Assembly: GCA_030596105.1 (NCBI GenBank)
Contig: JAUVKU010000019.1
Span: 1 to 14,362, forward strand
Direction of reading: 5' to 3'
DNA length: 14,362 nucleotides
Source of the DNA: a bacterium
GTDB taxonomy: Bacteria > Patescibacteriota > Minisyncoccia > Minisyncoccales > DAOVPY01
In this document: positions 1 to 6,353 of the stretch, piece by piece
Layout: the number at the start of each line of letters is the position of its first letter
How positions within the stretch are numbered: position 1 is the first letter of the stretch
The notes under the pieces: model-generated
What the model was told of the DNA's origin: nothing
The model's database searches: none
The model's input: the letters and a program-made list of their open reading frames with translations, nothing else
Position numbers and translations under genes: made by a program

Positions 1-3
1 AAC

Positions 4-32
4 TTGATTATTTTTACATAATATGATAAAAT
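4..32 (+). promoter_or_regulatory. Candidate promoter for ATPase gene 1: TTGATT (4-9), 17-nt spacer, TG-extended TAAAAT (27-32).
   Basis: Hexamers read directly from the sequence. The downstream leader ...atgtaaaaattATG resembles the leader of the paralogous ATPase gene at 3615. Confidence 0.3.
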
Positions 33-65
33 TATTAATAAGTATTATCAACTTATGTAAAAATT

Positions 66-1316
66 ATGCTTAAACCAAGAAAAATAGCTAAAATTATAAA
101 AAAATGGTTGCCTGAAAATGAATTTATTATTCTAAATGGCCCCAGACAAGTTGGCAAAACATCATTATTAAAAATATTAATGCAGGAATTAAAAAATAAT
201 AATATTCCTGAAAATAGAATATTTTATTTAAATTTTGAAGAAATCCAGATTTTAGAAAAAATAAATCAAAATCCGGAAAATTTATTAGATTATATTATTG
301 ATAAAAACAAAAAAAACTACTTTTTTATTGACGAAATACAGTATCTGGATAATCCTTCTAATTTTTTAAAACATATATATGATAAATATTCTTCAATTAT
401 AAAAATAATCGCTACCGGCTCATCCAGCCTGGAATTAAAAGCAAAATTCCAGGATTCGCTTGTGGGCAGAAAAGTTTCTTTTAATATTTTACCTCTTGAT
501 TATGAAGAATTTTTAATCTTTAAAAATTATAATGATCTTAATCATTTGGATAAAAATAATATTCCTTTGGAAATTAAATTAAAATACGATAAATTATTAA
601 AAGAATATTTAATTTATGGCGGAATGCCGGCAGTCGCGCTTCAGGATGATGCTATAAAAAAAGAAAAACTTCTTAGTGAATACGTTGATACCTACATTAA
701 TAAGGATATTAGGTCAATCGGCAGGATAGAAAATATTTCCAAATTTAATTCAATCTTAAAAATACTATGTTCACAAATTGGAAACCTGCTTAATATTAAT
801 GAACTATCAAACACAACTAACATCCCCAGAAGAAAAATTGAAAAATATTTAGATTTATTAAAACATACCTTTGTGCTTGATATAATTGATCCGTATAAAA
901 ATAATATCCGATCGCAGGTTTCTAAAATGCCCAAGACTTTCTTTTTTGACCTGGGCATTAGAAATGCTATTTTAAATAATTTTTTAGATCTGTCCGGCCG
1001 TCAGGATGATGCCGGACGCTTATTTGAAAATTTTGTTTTTTTGGAATTAAAAAATTTATATCAAAAAAATATTTATTTTTACCGCACGGTAAATAAATCC
1101 GAGATTGACTTTATTATTGAAAAAAATAATAAATTGTCATTAATTGAAGTAAAATATAAATCACTTAATAAACGAATTAATACGCGCGTTATTGCTAATT
1201 TTATTGATCATTCAAAGATCAGCGCCAAAGCAAGCCTTATTAATCTAAGTTTAATTGGCGAATTTAATAATGTTAGCTATATTGATTACAGAAAATTAGC
1301 AAAAAAAATAAAGTAG
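66..1316 (+). CDS. AAA+ ATPase of the DUF4143/COG1373 family, with an N-terminal P-loop ATPase and a C-terminal PD-(D/E)xK-like putative nuclease domain.
   Basis: 416-aa ORF with Walker A GPRQVGKTS and Walker B-like FFIDEIQ. C-terminal EIDFII...IEVKYK matches the D...ExK motif typical of the DUF4143 restriction-endonuclease-like fold. It is paralogous to the ORF at 2458-3615. Confidence 0.85.
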   Translation: MLKPRKIAKIIKKWLPENEFIILNGPRQVGKTSLLKILMQELKNNNIPENRIFYLNFEEIQILEKINQNPENLLDYIIDKNKKNYFFIDEIQYLDNPSNFLKHIYDKYSSIIKIIATGSSSLELKAKFQDSLVGRKVSFNILPLDYEEFLIFKNYNDLNHLDKNNIPLEIKLKYDKLLKEYLIYGGMPAVALQDDAIKKEKLLSEYVDTYINKDIRSIGRIENISKFNSILKILCSQIGNLLNINELSNTTNIPRRKIEKYLDLLKHTFVLDIIDPYKNNIRSQVSKMPKTFFFDLGIRNAILNNFLDLSGRQDDAGRLFENFVFLELKNLYQKNIYFYRTVNKSEIDFIIEKNNKLSLIEVKYKSLNKRINTRVIANFIDHSKISAKASLINLSLIGEFNNVSYIDYRKLAKKIK

Positions 1317-1378
1317 CATACTTTTTTATTTGTTAGGTTTAGAGCTAGCTCTATACATAAAATATAGCTAGAAAAAAA

Positions 1379-1425
1379 GCTGACCCTGCGTAAGCGGTCA
1401 GCTATTTTGTTTTGGCTTTATTTAA
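1379..1425. repeat. Copy 1 of the hairpin repeat (GCTGACC-N10-GGTCAGC + TATTTTGTTTTGGCTTTATTTAA). It is a bidirectional terminator-like element, with an A-run 5' and a T-rich tract 3'.
   Basis: Perfect 7-bp GC-rich inverted repeat with a 10-nt loop. Preceded by A7 (1372-1378) and followed by a T-rich tract. The same element recurs at 2418, 3722 and 5957. Confidence 0.8.
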
Positions 1426-1541
1426 CCAGGCTGTTCTTTGTCTTTTTCTTTATACTCTTTTTTCGCTCTCCACCGAACAAACAGCATCATAGCAAGTGCT
1501 AATAAAGCTATAACTACTAAGACTGGCAAATCAGCGTGCAT
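1422..1541 (-). CDS. Small hydrophobic peptide of 39 aa, MHADLPVLVVIALLALAMMLFVRWRAKKEYKEKDKEQPG, with a single predicted TM helix and a charged C-terminus. Possibly a type I toxin-like or small membrane protein.
   Basis: ATG at 1541-1539 is preceded by a strong SD, GGAGGAgaattATG (revcomp of 1546-1551). The ORF is open for 39 codons and its stop TAA (1424-1422) lies inside the repeat tail. GC content is much higher than the flanks. It is absent from the ORF track, probably because of a length cutoff. Confidence 0.45.
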   Translation of the reverse strand: MHADLPVLVVIALLALAMMLFVRWRAKKEYKEKDKEQPG

Positions 1542-1655
1542 AATTCTCCTCCTTTTTATAAAGAAATTTATTAGATTGTTAATATCCGACTGTTATATTT
1601 TACTATAAAATACAACCTTATACCTTAGATTACATCCTAGCCTTAAAAACATGCC

Positions 1656-1685
1656 TTGTCAAACAATAAATACAGCTATTATAAT
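1656..1685 (+). promoter_or_regulatory. Promoter: TTGTCA (1656-1661), 18-nt spacer, TATAAT (1680-1685). Upstream promoter for the brnTA operon.
   Basis: Near-consensus -35 and perfect -10 hexamers with an 18-nt spacer. Confidence 0.5.
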
Positions 1686-1702
1686 AGTAGCATTTTAAGT
1701 AT

Positions 1703-1730
1703 TGACAAATAATATCATTTGTCATAAACT
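1703..1730 (+). promoter_or_regulatory. Second promoter: TTGACA (1703-1708), 16-nt spacer, TAAACT (1725-1730). It overlaps a perfect 8-bp inverted repeat, TGACAAAT-6-ATTTGTCA (1704-1725), which is a likely BrnA/BrnT autoregulatory operator. The predicted TSS falls at about the ATG (1737), implying a leaderless mRNA.
   Basis: Consensus -35. A perfect palindrome spans the -35 through to the -10. No SD precedes the ATG at 1737. Confidence 0.5.
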
Positions 1731-1736
1731 ATAAAT

Positions 1737-2015
1737 ATGAAATATTACGATTGGGATAATAAAAAAAATGAAAAATTAAAATTAGAACGAGATATTTGCT
1801 TTGAAGATATTATAGTTGCTATTGACGATAATGGCCTTTTAGATATAATTCAGCACGCAAACATAAAAAAATATCCAAATCAAAAAATATTCATAATAAA
1901 TATAAATAATTACGCGTATTTAATCCCTTTTATAGAAAATAAAGACAAAATATTTTTAAAAACAATTATTCCAAGCCGTAAGGCAACTAAAAAATATATA
2001 TTAAATGTAAAATAA
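1737..2015 (+). CDS. brnT: BrnT-family toxin (DUF497 ribonuclease toxin of the BrnT/BrnA type II TA system).
   Basis: 92-aa ORF. The C-terminal motif IIPSRKATKKY matches the conserved BrnT IISARKA(T/S)KKE(R) signature. It is immediately followed by the antitoxin gene with a 1-nt gap, the toxin-first order typical of BrnTA. Confidence 0.75.
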   Translation: MKYYDWDNKKNEKLKLERDICFEDIIVAIDDNGLLDIIQHANIKKYPNQKIFIININNYAYLIPFIENKDKIFLKTIIPSRKATKKYILNVK

Positions 2016-2016
2016 T

Positions 2017-2289
2017 ATGAAATATTATACTTTGGACAAAGAAGAAAAAAATATTACTAAAGACTTTGATTCTGATAAATTTGTTAGCATACAAAAATTA
2101 AAATCAGCTAAAGCAAAATATAAGCAATACGCTAAAACGACTTTAAGTAAGACGAAAAATATAAATATTAGATTATCTGAAAAAGATTTGCAAAAAATTA
2201 AAGCAAAGGCAATTGAAAAAGGCATCCCTTATCAAACTTTGTTAACCTCTCTTATTCATCAATGCGCAAGCAATAAAATTAAAGTCTAA
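2017..2289 (+). CDS. brnA: BrnA-family antitoxin (CopG/RHH-like, COG3514).
   Basis: 90-aa ORF. The C-terminal motif KAIEKGIPYQTLLTSLIHQ matches the BrnA G(I/Y)QT(L/R)IN..LR consensus. It is tightly coupled to brnT. Confidence 0.7.
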   Translation: MKYYTLDKEEKNITKDFDSDKFVSIQKLKSAKAKYKQYAKTTLSKTKNINIRLSEKDLQKIKAKAIEKGIPYQTLLTSLIHQCASNKIKV

Positions 2290-2325
2290 AACACTTTAAT
2301 TTAAAATCTTTGTTTAATACTGATT

Positions 2326-2357
2326 AAAAAAATCGTCCTGCCTTTGACGTTTTTTTT
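2326..2357. terminator. Weak hairpin, CGTC-N8-GACG, flanked by an A-run and T8. Possible terminator after brnA.
   Basis: 4-bp GC stem at 2334-2337 and 2346-2349, followed by tttttttt. A stronger terminator, repeat copy 2, follows at 2418. Confidence 0.25.
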
Positions 2358-2417
2358 ATTTAATAAATCAATATTTTTATGACCTAAAAACCCTCATAAT
2401 ACTTGCCAATAAAAACA

Positions 2418-2460
2418 GCTGACCATATAGCGGTCAGCTATTTTGTTTTGGCTTTGTTTA
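2418..2460. repeat. Copy 2 of the hairpin repeat (GCTGACC-atatagc-GGTCAGC + TATTTTGTTTTGGCTTTGTTTA). Its tail supplies the stop codon of the minus-strand ATPase gene.
   Basis: Same stem and tail as copies 1, 3 and 4. The ATPase2 stop (TAA on the minus strand, 2460-2458) lies in the element tail. Confidence 0.8.
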
Positions 2461-3615
2461 GGAGATAAAATCTAAATAATTTTTTGGGGTAATGACTTTA
2501 AATTCGGCATTGTCATATGTGTCAAACCATAACTTGAGCGGTTTAACTTTTTTCTTAACATTCCATTTGAATTCATAACCATACAATTTACCATCTCTCT
2601 CTTCTATTAGGTCAATTTCTTTTTTGTCCCATGTTCGCCAGAAATATTGATTGGCATAAATTCGTTTATATGTCCGTGTTTTCATTCTTTCCAAAAAAAT
2701 AAAATTCTCCCACAATTGGCCGATATCATTGCGTAAATTAATAGCGTTAAAATTTTCTATAATCGCGTTTCTAATACCAATATCCAAGAAAAAATATTTA
2801 TCTTTTTTGGATATTTCTTTGCGTAAATTTCGACTAAACCCGCTCACACTCACAATAACAAAAGCCTTTTCCAATAAATCCAAATATCTGGCAACTGTCT
2901 TGTAGTCAATGTTTAAACTGTTGCTTAATTCTGTCAAAGATACTTCATTGCCGATTTGCCAGGCCAAAAGCTGTAATAAATCCCGTAAAATCTTTGGGCT
3001 TTTCGTCTTTTCCAAGGCTAAAACATCCTTTAATAAATATGAATCTGTGATTTCCATAAGTGCTTCCCTCTTTTTTCTATCTGTTTCGGCTGTAAGAACC
3101 TCCGGATAACAGCCAAAAAGCAATAATTGCTCTAACAGTTCATTTTGTAATTGATGCGGCGTGTAATATTTAGACAACTCTAAAACAGACAAAGGAAATA
3201 ATGTGTATGTGCGCTTTCTGCCTACTAATGGCTCTCCGATCTGACCGGCCAGCTCAAATGACGCTGAGCCGGTAACAATAATTTTAATATTTTCAACATG
3301 ATCAACAATGATCTTAAGGCCAAGGCCTATGTTGGGAATATTTTGCGCTTCATCAATAATCAATAATTCATAATCTTTGGCAAAACTAATTAAGCCATCA
3401 AAATCCGGCTCACTAAATATTGTCTTTAATTTCATATCATCTCCGGTGCTTTGAAAAGTTTTTAAAGTATTTTTTTCAGTAAAAATCTTTAGCAAGCTTG
3501 TTTTGCCTGCTTGCCTGGGGCCATATATTACCAAAACTTTTTGCGGCTGAAGCAATGAATTTAGATTATGCGCGCGATCAAAATATTGAATTTGCTTTTG
3601 AATTTGTAAAGACAT
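2458..3615 (-). CDS. AAA+ ATPase of the DUF4143/COG1373 family (P-loop ATPase plus PD-(D/E)xK-like C-terminal domain). Paralog of the gene at 66-1316.
   Basis: 385-aa ORF with Walker A GPRQAGKTS, Walker B LLIIDEAQ and C-terminal EIDLIEE...YEFKW (D...ExK). Collinear similarity to ORF 66-1316 across the full length. Confidence 0.85.
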   Translation of the reverse strand: MSLQIQKQIQYFDRAHNLNSLLQPQKVLVIYGPRQAGKTSLLKIFTEKNTLKTFQSTGDDMKLKTIFSEPDFDGLISFAKDYELLIIDEAQNIPNIGLGLKIIVDHVENIKIIVTGSASFELAGQIGEPLVGRKRTYTLFPLSVLELSKYYTPHQLQNELLEQLLLFGCYPEVLTAETDRKKREALMEITDSYLLKDVLALEKTKSPKILRDLLQLLAWQIGNEVSLTELSNSLNIDYKTVARYLDLLEKAFVIVSVSGFSRNLRKEISKKDKYFFLDIGIRNAIIENFNAINLRNDIGQLWENFIFLERMKTRTYKRIYANQYFWRTWDKKEIDLIEERDGKLYGYEFKWNVKKKVKPLKLWFDTYDNAEFKVITPKNYLDFIS

Positions 3616-3645
3616 ATTTTTACATTAAGAATATTTACTAATTCC

Positions 3646-3700
3646 ATGATAGCACACTCCTTGAAATAAGTCAATTTCAAGGAGTCATACTCCTTGAAAT
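3646..3700 (-). promoter_or_regulatory. Minus-strand promoter for ATPase gene 2: -35 TTGACT (plus 3669-3674), 17-nt spacer, -10 TATCAT (plus 3646-3651). It overlaps a perfect 12-bp inverted repeat, ACTCCTTGAAAT-6-ATTTCAAGGAGT (3656-3685), with a third direct copy of the arm at 3689-3700. Candidate operator.
   Basis: Hexamers and palindrome read from the sequence. The right palindrome arm overlaps the -35, which is typical repressor-operator geometry. Confidence 0.5.
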
Positions 3701-3721
3701 AGTAATATTTACACGATTTAA

Positions 3722-3768
3722 GCTGACCCTGTATAAGCGGTCAGCTATTTTGTTTTGGCTTTATTAAG
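3722..3768. repeat. Copy 3 of the hairpin repeat (GCTGACC-ctgtataagc-GGTCAGC + TATTTTGTTTTGGCTTTATTAAG).
   Basis: Same stem and tail as the other copies. It lies between the ATPase2 promoter and the 3' end of the Nudix gene. Confidence 0.8.
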
Positions 3769-3853
3769 TCTGTTTTTCATCAGGTAATAACGATTAGCTT
3801 TAAAAAATGATCTTACCTGATAATATATTCTTTTTTATATATAAAATCGTTAT

Positions 3854-4435
3854 CTATTTGTTAAAATAATTTTTTTCTACAAAATCAATTCCTGCTAAAG
3901 TGTTTTTTTCTTTTACAATTTCTCTTGCTCTTTTTGGGCTTAACCAATTTATCTCATAAAATTCTTCCAACACTTTATCAGCATCAGGCTTAAAGCTGTC
4001 TTTATCAACCTTAATAAAATACCAAATATCATAATGACGCTTACATGTTTGTTTGGATGGATTGTTAATTTTAGTAATAGTAAGTAAAGCCGGGTTTTTA
4101 ATCTCAAACATACTTATATCTAGCCCCCACTCCTCGTTAATTTCTCTCCGCAAGGCCTTACTCATTGTTTCTCCTTTATCAATATGTCCGCCATTAAACA
4201 GCCATAACCCGGATTTTTTATGGTGTCCAATAAAAACCTGTTTAGACTTTGGGTCATAAGCGGCAAAATAAACACAAAAATGACTCTCAGAATTTTCCTG
4301 AATTGTGAGCTTGTTTTTCTCAATTCTTTTTAAAAAACTTGCTACAATTGGGCTGTGGTTAAAACCGGCCAATAACTCTTCTAGCTCCTTAGATAAATTT
4401 TTATTAGCATTTGTCATTTTTTTATCTTTAACCAT
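3854..4435 (-). CDS. Nudix-family hydrolase.
   Basis: 193-aa ORF with a clear Nudix box, GGHIDKGETMSKALRREINEEWG (GX5EX7REUXEEXGU). Confidence 0.8.
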   Translation of the reverse strand: MVKDKKMTNANKNLSKELEELLAGFNHSPIVASFLKRIEKNKLTIQENSESHFCVYFAAYDPKSKQVFIGHHKKSGLWLFNGGHIDKGETMSKALRREINEEWGLDISMFEIKNPALLTITKINNPSKQTCKRHYDIWYFIKVDKDSFKPDADKVLEEFYEINWLSPKRAREIVKEKNTLAGIDFVEKNYFNK

Positions 4436-4493
4436 TTAAAATTATTTTATAACTTAATTCAAATATAGCAAAAGAAAGAGCTTGGAGCAAATA

Positions 4494-5468
4494 ATGACAA
4501 AAATTCTTATTTTTGATAAAATCAAATTAATACTAAAATCATTTTTTATGAAAAATTATCTATTACGAATTGAAAAAATAAAAAAGCAATGCGCTATTTC
4601 CGAGAAAGAGCGCTTTACAGCCGCTCCCAGCGGCACTAATTATAAAGTTTTTCTTTCAAATAGTTATGTTATCCGTTTTCGGGATGACAACACTGAGCTT
4701 TTATTAGAAGAAGTTAATTTTTTAAAACAACTTAAACATAAACTAATACCAAAAATTTTGTGGTCAGGAAAAATTGATCAATCATTCTTTATAGTTGAAA
4801 ATAGACTCCTGGGACAAACAATAGATTCAGTTTGGAAAAATCTTTCAATAAATAATAAAAATAATATAATTGAGCAGGTTGTTAAATTTTTACAGTATCA
4901 GAGAACTCAAACAAAAAATTATGTTTACTCAGTAAAAACAGGCAAAAAATATAAAAATTTTTTAGATTATCTCACAGACGGTATAAAGCAAAAAAATATT
5001 GATATCAAAAAATTTAAGCAAGCAAATAAATTATTAAATGATTTATTTTTAATTATTAATGACCCTAAAATAAAACAATTATTTTCCACTAAGACAAAGG
5101 CGGCCTTAGTTCACGGCGATCTTATTATTCATAACTTGCTTACAGATGGTAAAAATCTAACCGGAGTCCTTGATTGGGAGCTGGCACTATGGGGCGATCC
5201 TGAACATGACCTTTTTCGGCTTTTTTATTATCAAGAATGCGCTAAAGCCTACCAGGAACAAGGCACTGATGAAACATTTGAGGCTGATTATATGGACAAG
5301 CTAACCACAGCGATTTTGAAATCAAATCTGATAGAAGATAAAAAAATATTCCAGAAAAAATATCAATTTGTACGCGCTATTTTTTATCTCAACGCGCTTC
5401 ATTGGGCAGTAAATTCAGATAATCCAAAAAGAAATATCAATGAGCTTACAGGGCGGTGGGATAAATAA
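4494..5468 (+). CDS. Kinase of the aminoglycoside/choline/MTR-kinase (APH, PF01636-like) phosphotransferase family. Substrate unknown.
   Basis: Catalytic-loop motif HGDLIIHNLL and the DWE motif (VLDWELALWGD) are present. The ATG at 4494 is preceded by GGAG (4484-4487). The track ORF starts 4 codons earlier at TTG 4482. Confidence 0.7.
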   Translation: MTKILIFDKIKLILKSFFMKNYLLRIEKIKKQCAISEKERFTAAPSGTNYKVFLSNSYVIRFRDDNTELLLEEVNFLKQLKHKLIPKILWSGKIDQSFFIVENRLLGQTIDSVWKNLSINNKNNIIEQVVKFLQYQRTQTKNYVYSVKTGKKYKNFLDYLTDGIKQKNIDIKKFKQANKLLNDLFLIINDPKIKQLFSTKTKAALVHGDLIIHNLLTDGKNLTGVLDWELALWGDPEHDLFRLFYYQECAKAYQEQGTDETFEADYMDKLTTAILKSNLIEDKKIFQKKYQFVRAIFYLNALHWAVNSDNPKRNINELTGRWDK

Positions 5469-5487
5469 TAGACAAATTAAAAAAATT

Positions 5488-5916
5488 ATGAAAACAAATA
5501 ATCAAATTGAAGTAATAATCTTCAAGAAAAATCAGGAAACAGGCCTTAAATATTTAATGCTAAAACGCAACCTTCAAAAAGGTGGCTTTTGGCAACCAAT
5601 CACCGGGAATGTAGAGGTTGGTGAAACGTTTAAGCAAGCTGCGACACGTGAACTTAGAGAAGAAACCGGCATTACAAAATTTATAAAAATTTTTGACACT
5701 GGTTATTCATTTGATTTTTTTGATGACAATCGTAATCAACATGAAAAAATTTTTGCTGTTGAAGTTTCCCATAATACAAAAATAAATCTATCAGCTGAAC
5801 ACACCGAGTTTCAATGGGCCACGGAAAATGAATGTCTCACAAAATATTTAAAATATCCAGGCAATATAGCCGGACTAAAAACTTTAGCAAAAATATTGGA
5901 GGCTGAAAATAAATAA
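5488..5916 (+). CDS. Nudix-family hydrolase (second copy in the window).
   Basis: Nudix box GNVEVGETFKQAATRELREETGI. The ATG at 5488 avoids overlap with the upstream kinase. The alternative ATG at 5440 would overlap it by 29 nt, and neither has a good SD. Confidence 0.7.
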   Translation: MKTNNQIEVIIFKKNQETGLKYLMLKRNLQKGGFWQPITGNVEVGETFKQAATRELREETGITKFIKIFDTGYSFDFFDDNRNQHEKIFAVEVSHNTKINLSAEHTEFQWATENECLTKYLKYPGNIAGLKTLAKILEAENK

Positions 5917-5956
5917 CAACCACAAACCACAAACACAACATTATCAATAAAAAAAA

Positions 5957-6003
5957 GCTGACCTTGTATAGACGGTCAGCTGTTTTGTTTTGGCTTTATT
6001 TAA
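5957..6003. repeat. Copy 4 of the hairpin repeat (GCTGACC-ttgtatagac-GGTCAGC + TGTTTTGTTTTGGCTTTATTTAA). Its tail supplies the stop codon of the minus-strand ORF 6000-6188.
   Basis: Same stem and tail as the other copies. Preceded by A8. Confidence 0.8.
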
Positions 6004-6188
6004 TTCAATTTCAAATAATCATCTTCAAGCCCTAAGTATGCCTTTGTTATTCTTTCTCCGTTTTCAAAACCAAACTTTTTAAAAATTTCTTCCAATATTC
6101 CCTTTGATATTTTTACCTTTTTTTTATTGCAATAAGTATAAAAATAAAACAAAAAAACTATACTTTGCATATAGTTTATTAATACCAT
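6000..6188 (-). pseudogene. Short minus-strand ORF or gene remnant. Its C-terminal 37 aa (KISKGILEEIFKKFGFENGERITKAYLGLEDDYLKLN) look protein-like and its N-terminal half is low-complexity. It contains an A8 tract. Possible truncated or degraded gene.
   Basis: 62-aa ORF ending exactly in the repeat tail. It has no SD. The upstream half overlaps the promoter region of the plus-strand operon. An 8-A homopolymer sits inside the ORF. Confidence 0.2.
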
Positions 6189-6255
6189 AAATTTGTATTT
6201 GGTGAGGCGCTAACAATAAATACGCAAAATATTCACAAATAAACTTACGAGTGGC

Positions 6256-6353
6256 TTTACAAAAAGCTAAACAAATGCTATAGTATTTCGAACCACAAGG
6301 TAGTCTTAAAAAAGTGAAAAGATCTTATACAATTTTAAAAAAAGGAGGATAAA
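6256..6353 (+). promoter_or_regulatory. Promoter and leader L1: TTTACA (6256-6261), 17-nt spacer, TGcTATAGT (-10 at 6279-6284), a ~60-nt leader, then SD AAGGAGG (6341-6347). About 85% identical to the promoter and leader of the convergent SerRS operon (L2).
   Basis: Direct comparison with the reverse complement of 10968-11075. The -35, spacer, -10, leader core (...CCAAG.TAGTCTT...AAAAGATCTT.TACAATTT.AAAAAAGGAGG) and SD are all conserved. Confidence 0.7.

Noticed and set aside
692-958. Antisense ORF of 88 aa inside ATPase gene 1.
   Set aside because: It lies entirely within a well-supported CDS on the opposite strand. The sequence is low-complexity and there is no RBS.
2025-2225. Antisense ORF of 66 aa inside brnA.
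   Set aside because: It overlaps a recognisable antitoxin gene. It is a hydrophobic AT-rich frame artefact.
2909-3109. Plus-strand ORF of 66 aa inside the minus-strand ATPase gene 2.
   Set aside because: It is embedded in a confident CDS and has no start signals.
4053-4259. Plus-strand ORF of 68 aa inside the Nudix gene.
   Set aside because: The opposite-strand Nudix box is unambiguous.
6155-6177. 8-bp perfect inverted repeat AAACTATA-7-TATAGTTT.
   Set aside because: An AT-only palindrome in about 20% GC DNA can easily arise by chance. It sits in no clear promoter context, so it is noted only as weak.
6285-6300. tRNA-like T-loop motif (TTCGAACC) in leader L1.
   Set aside because: No acceptor, D or anticodon arms can be built around it. 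It is part of the conserved promoter-leader cassette.
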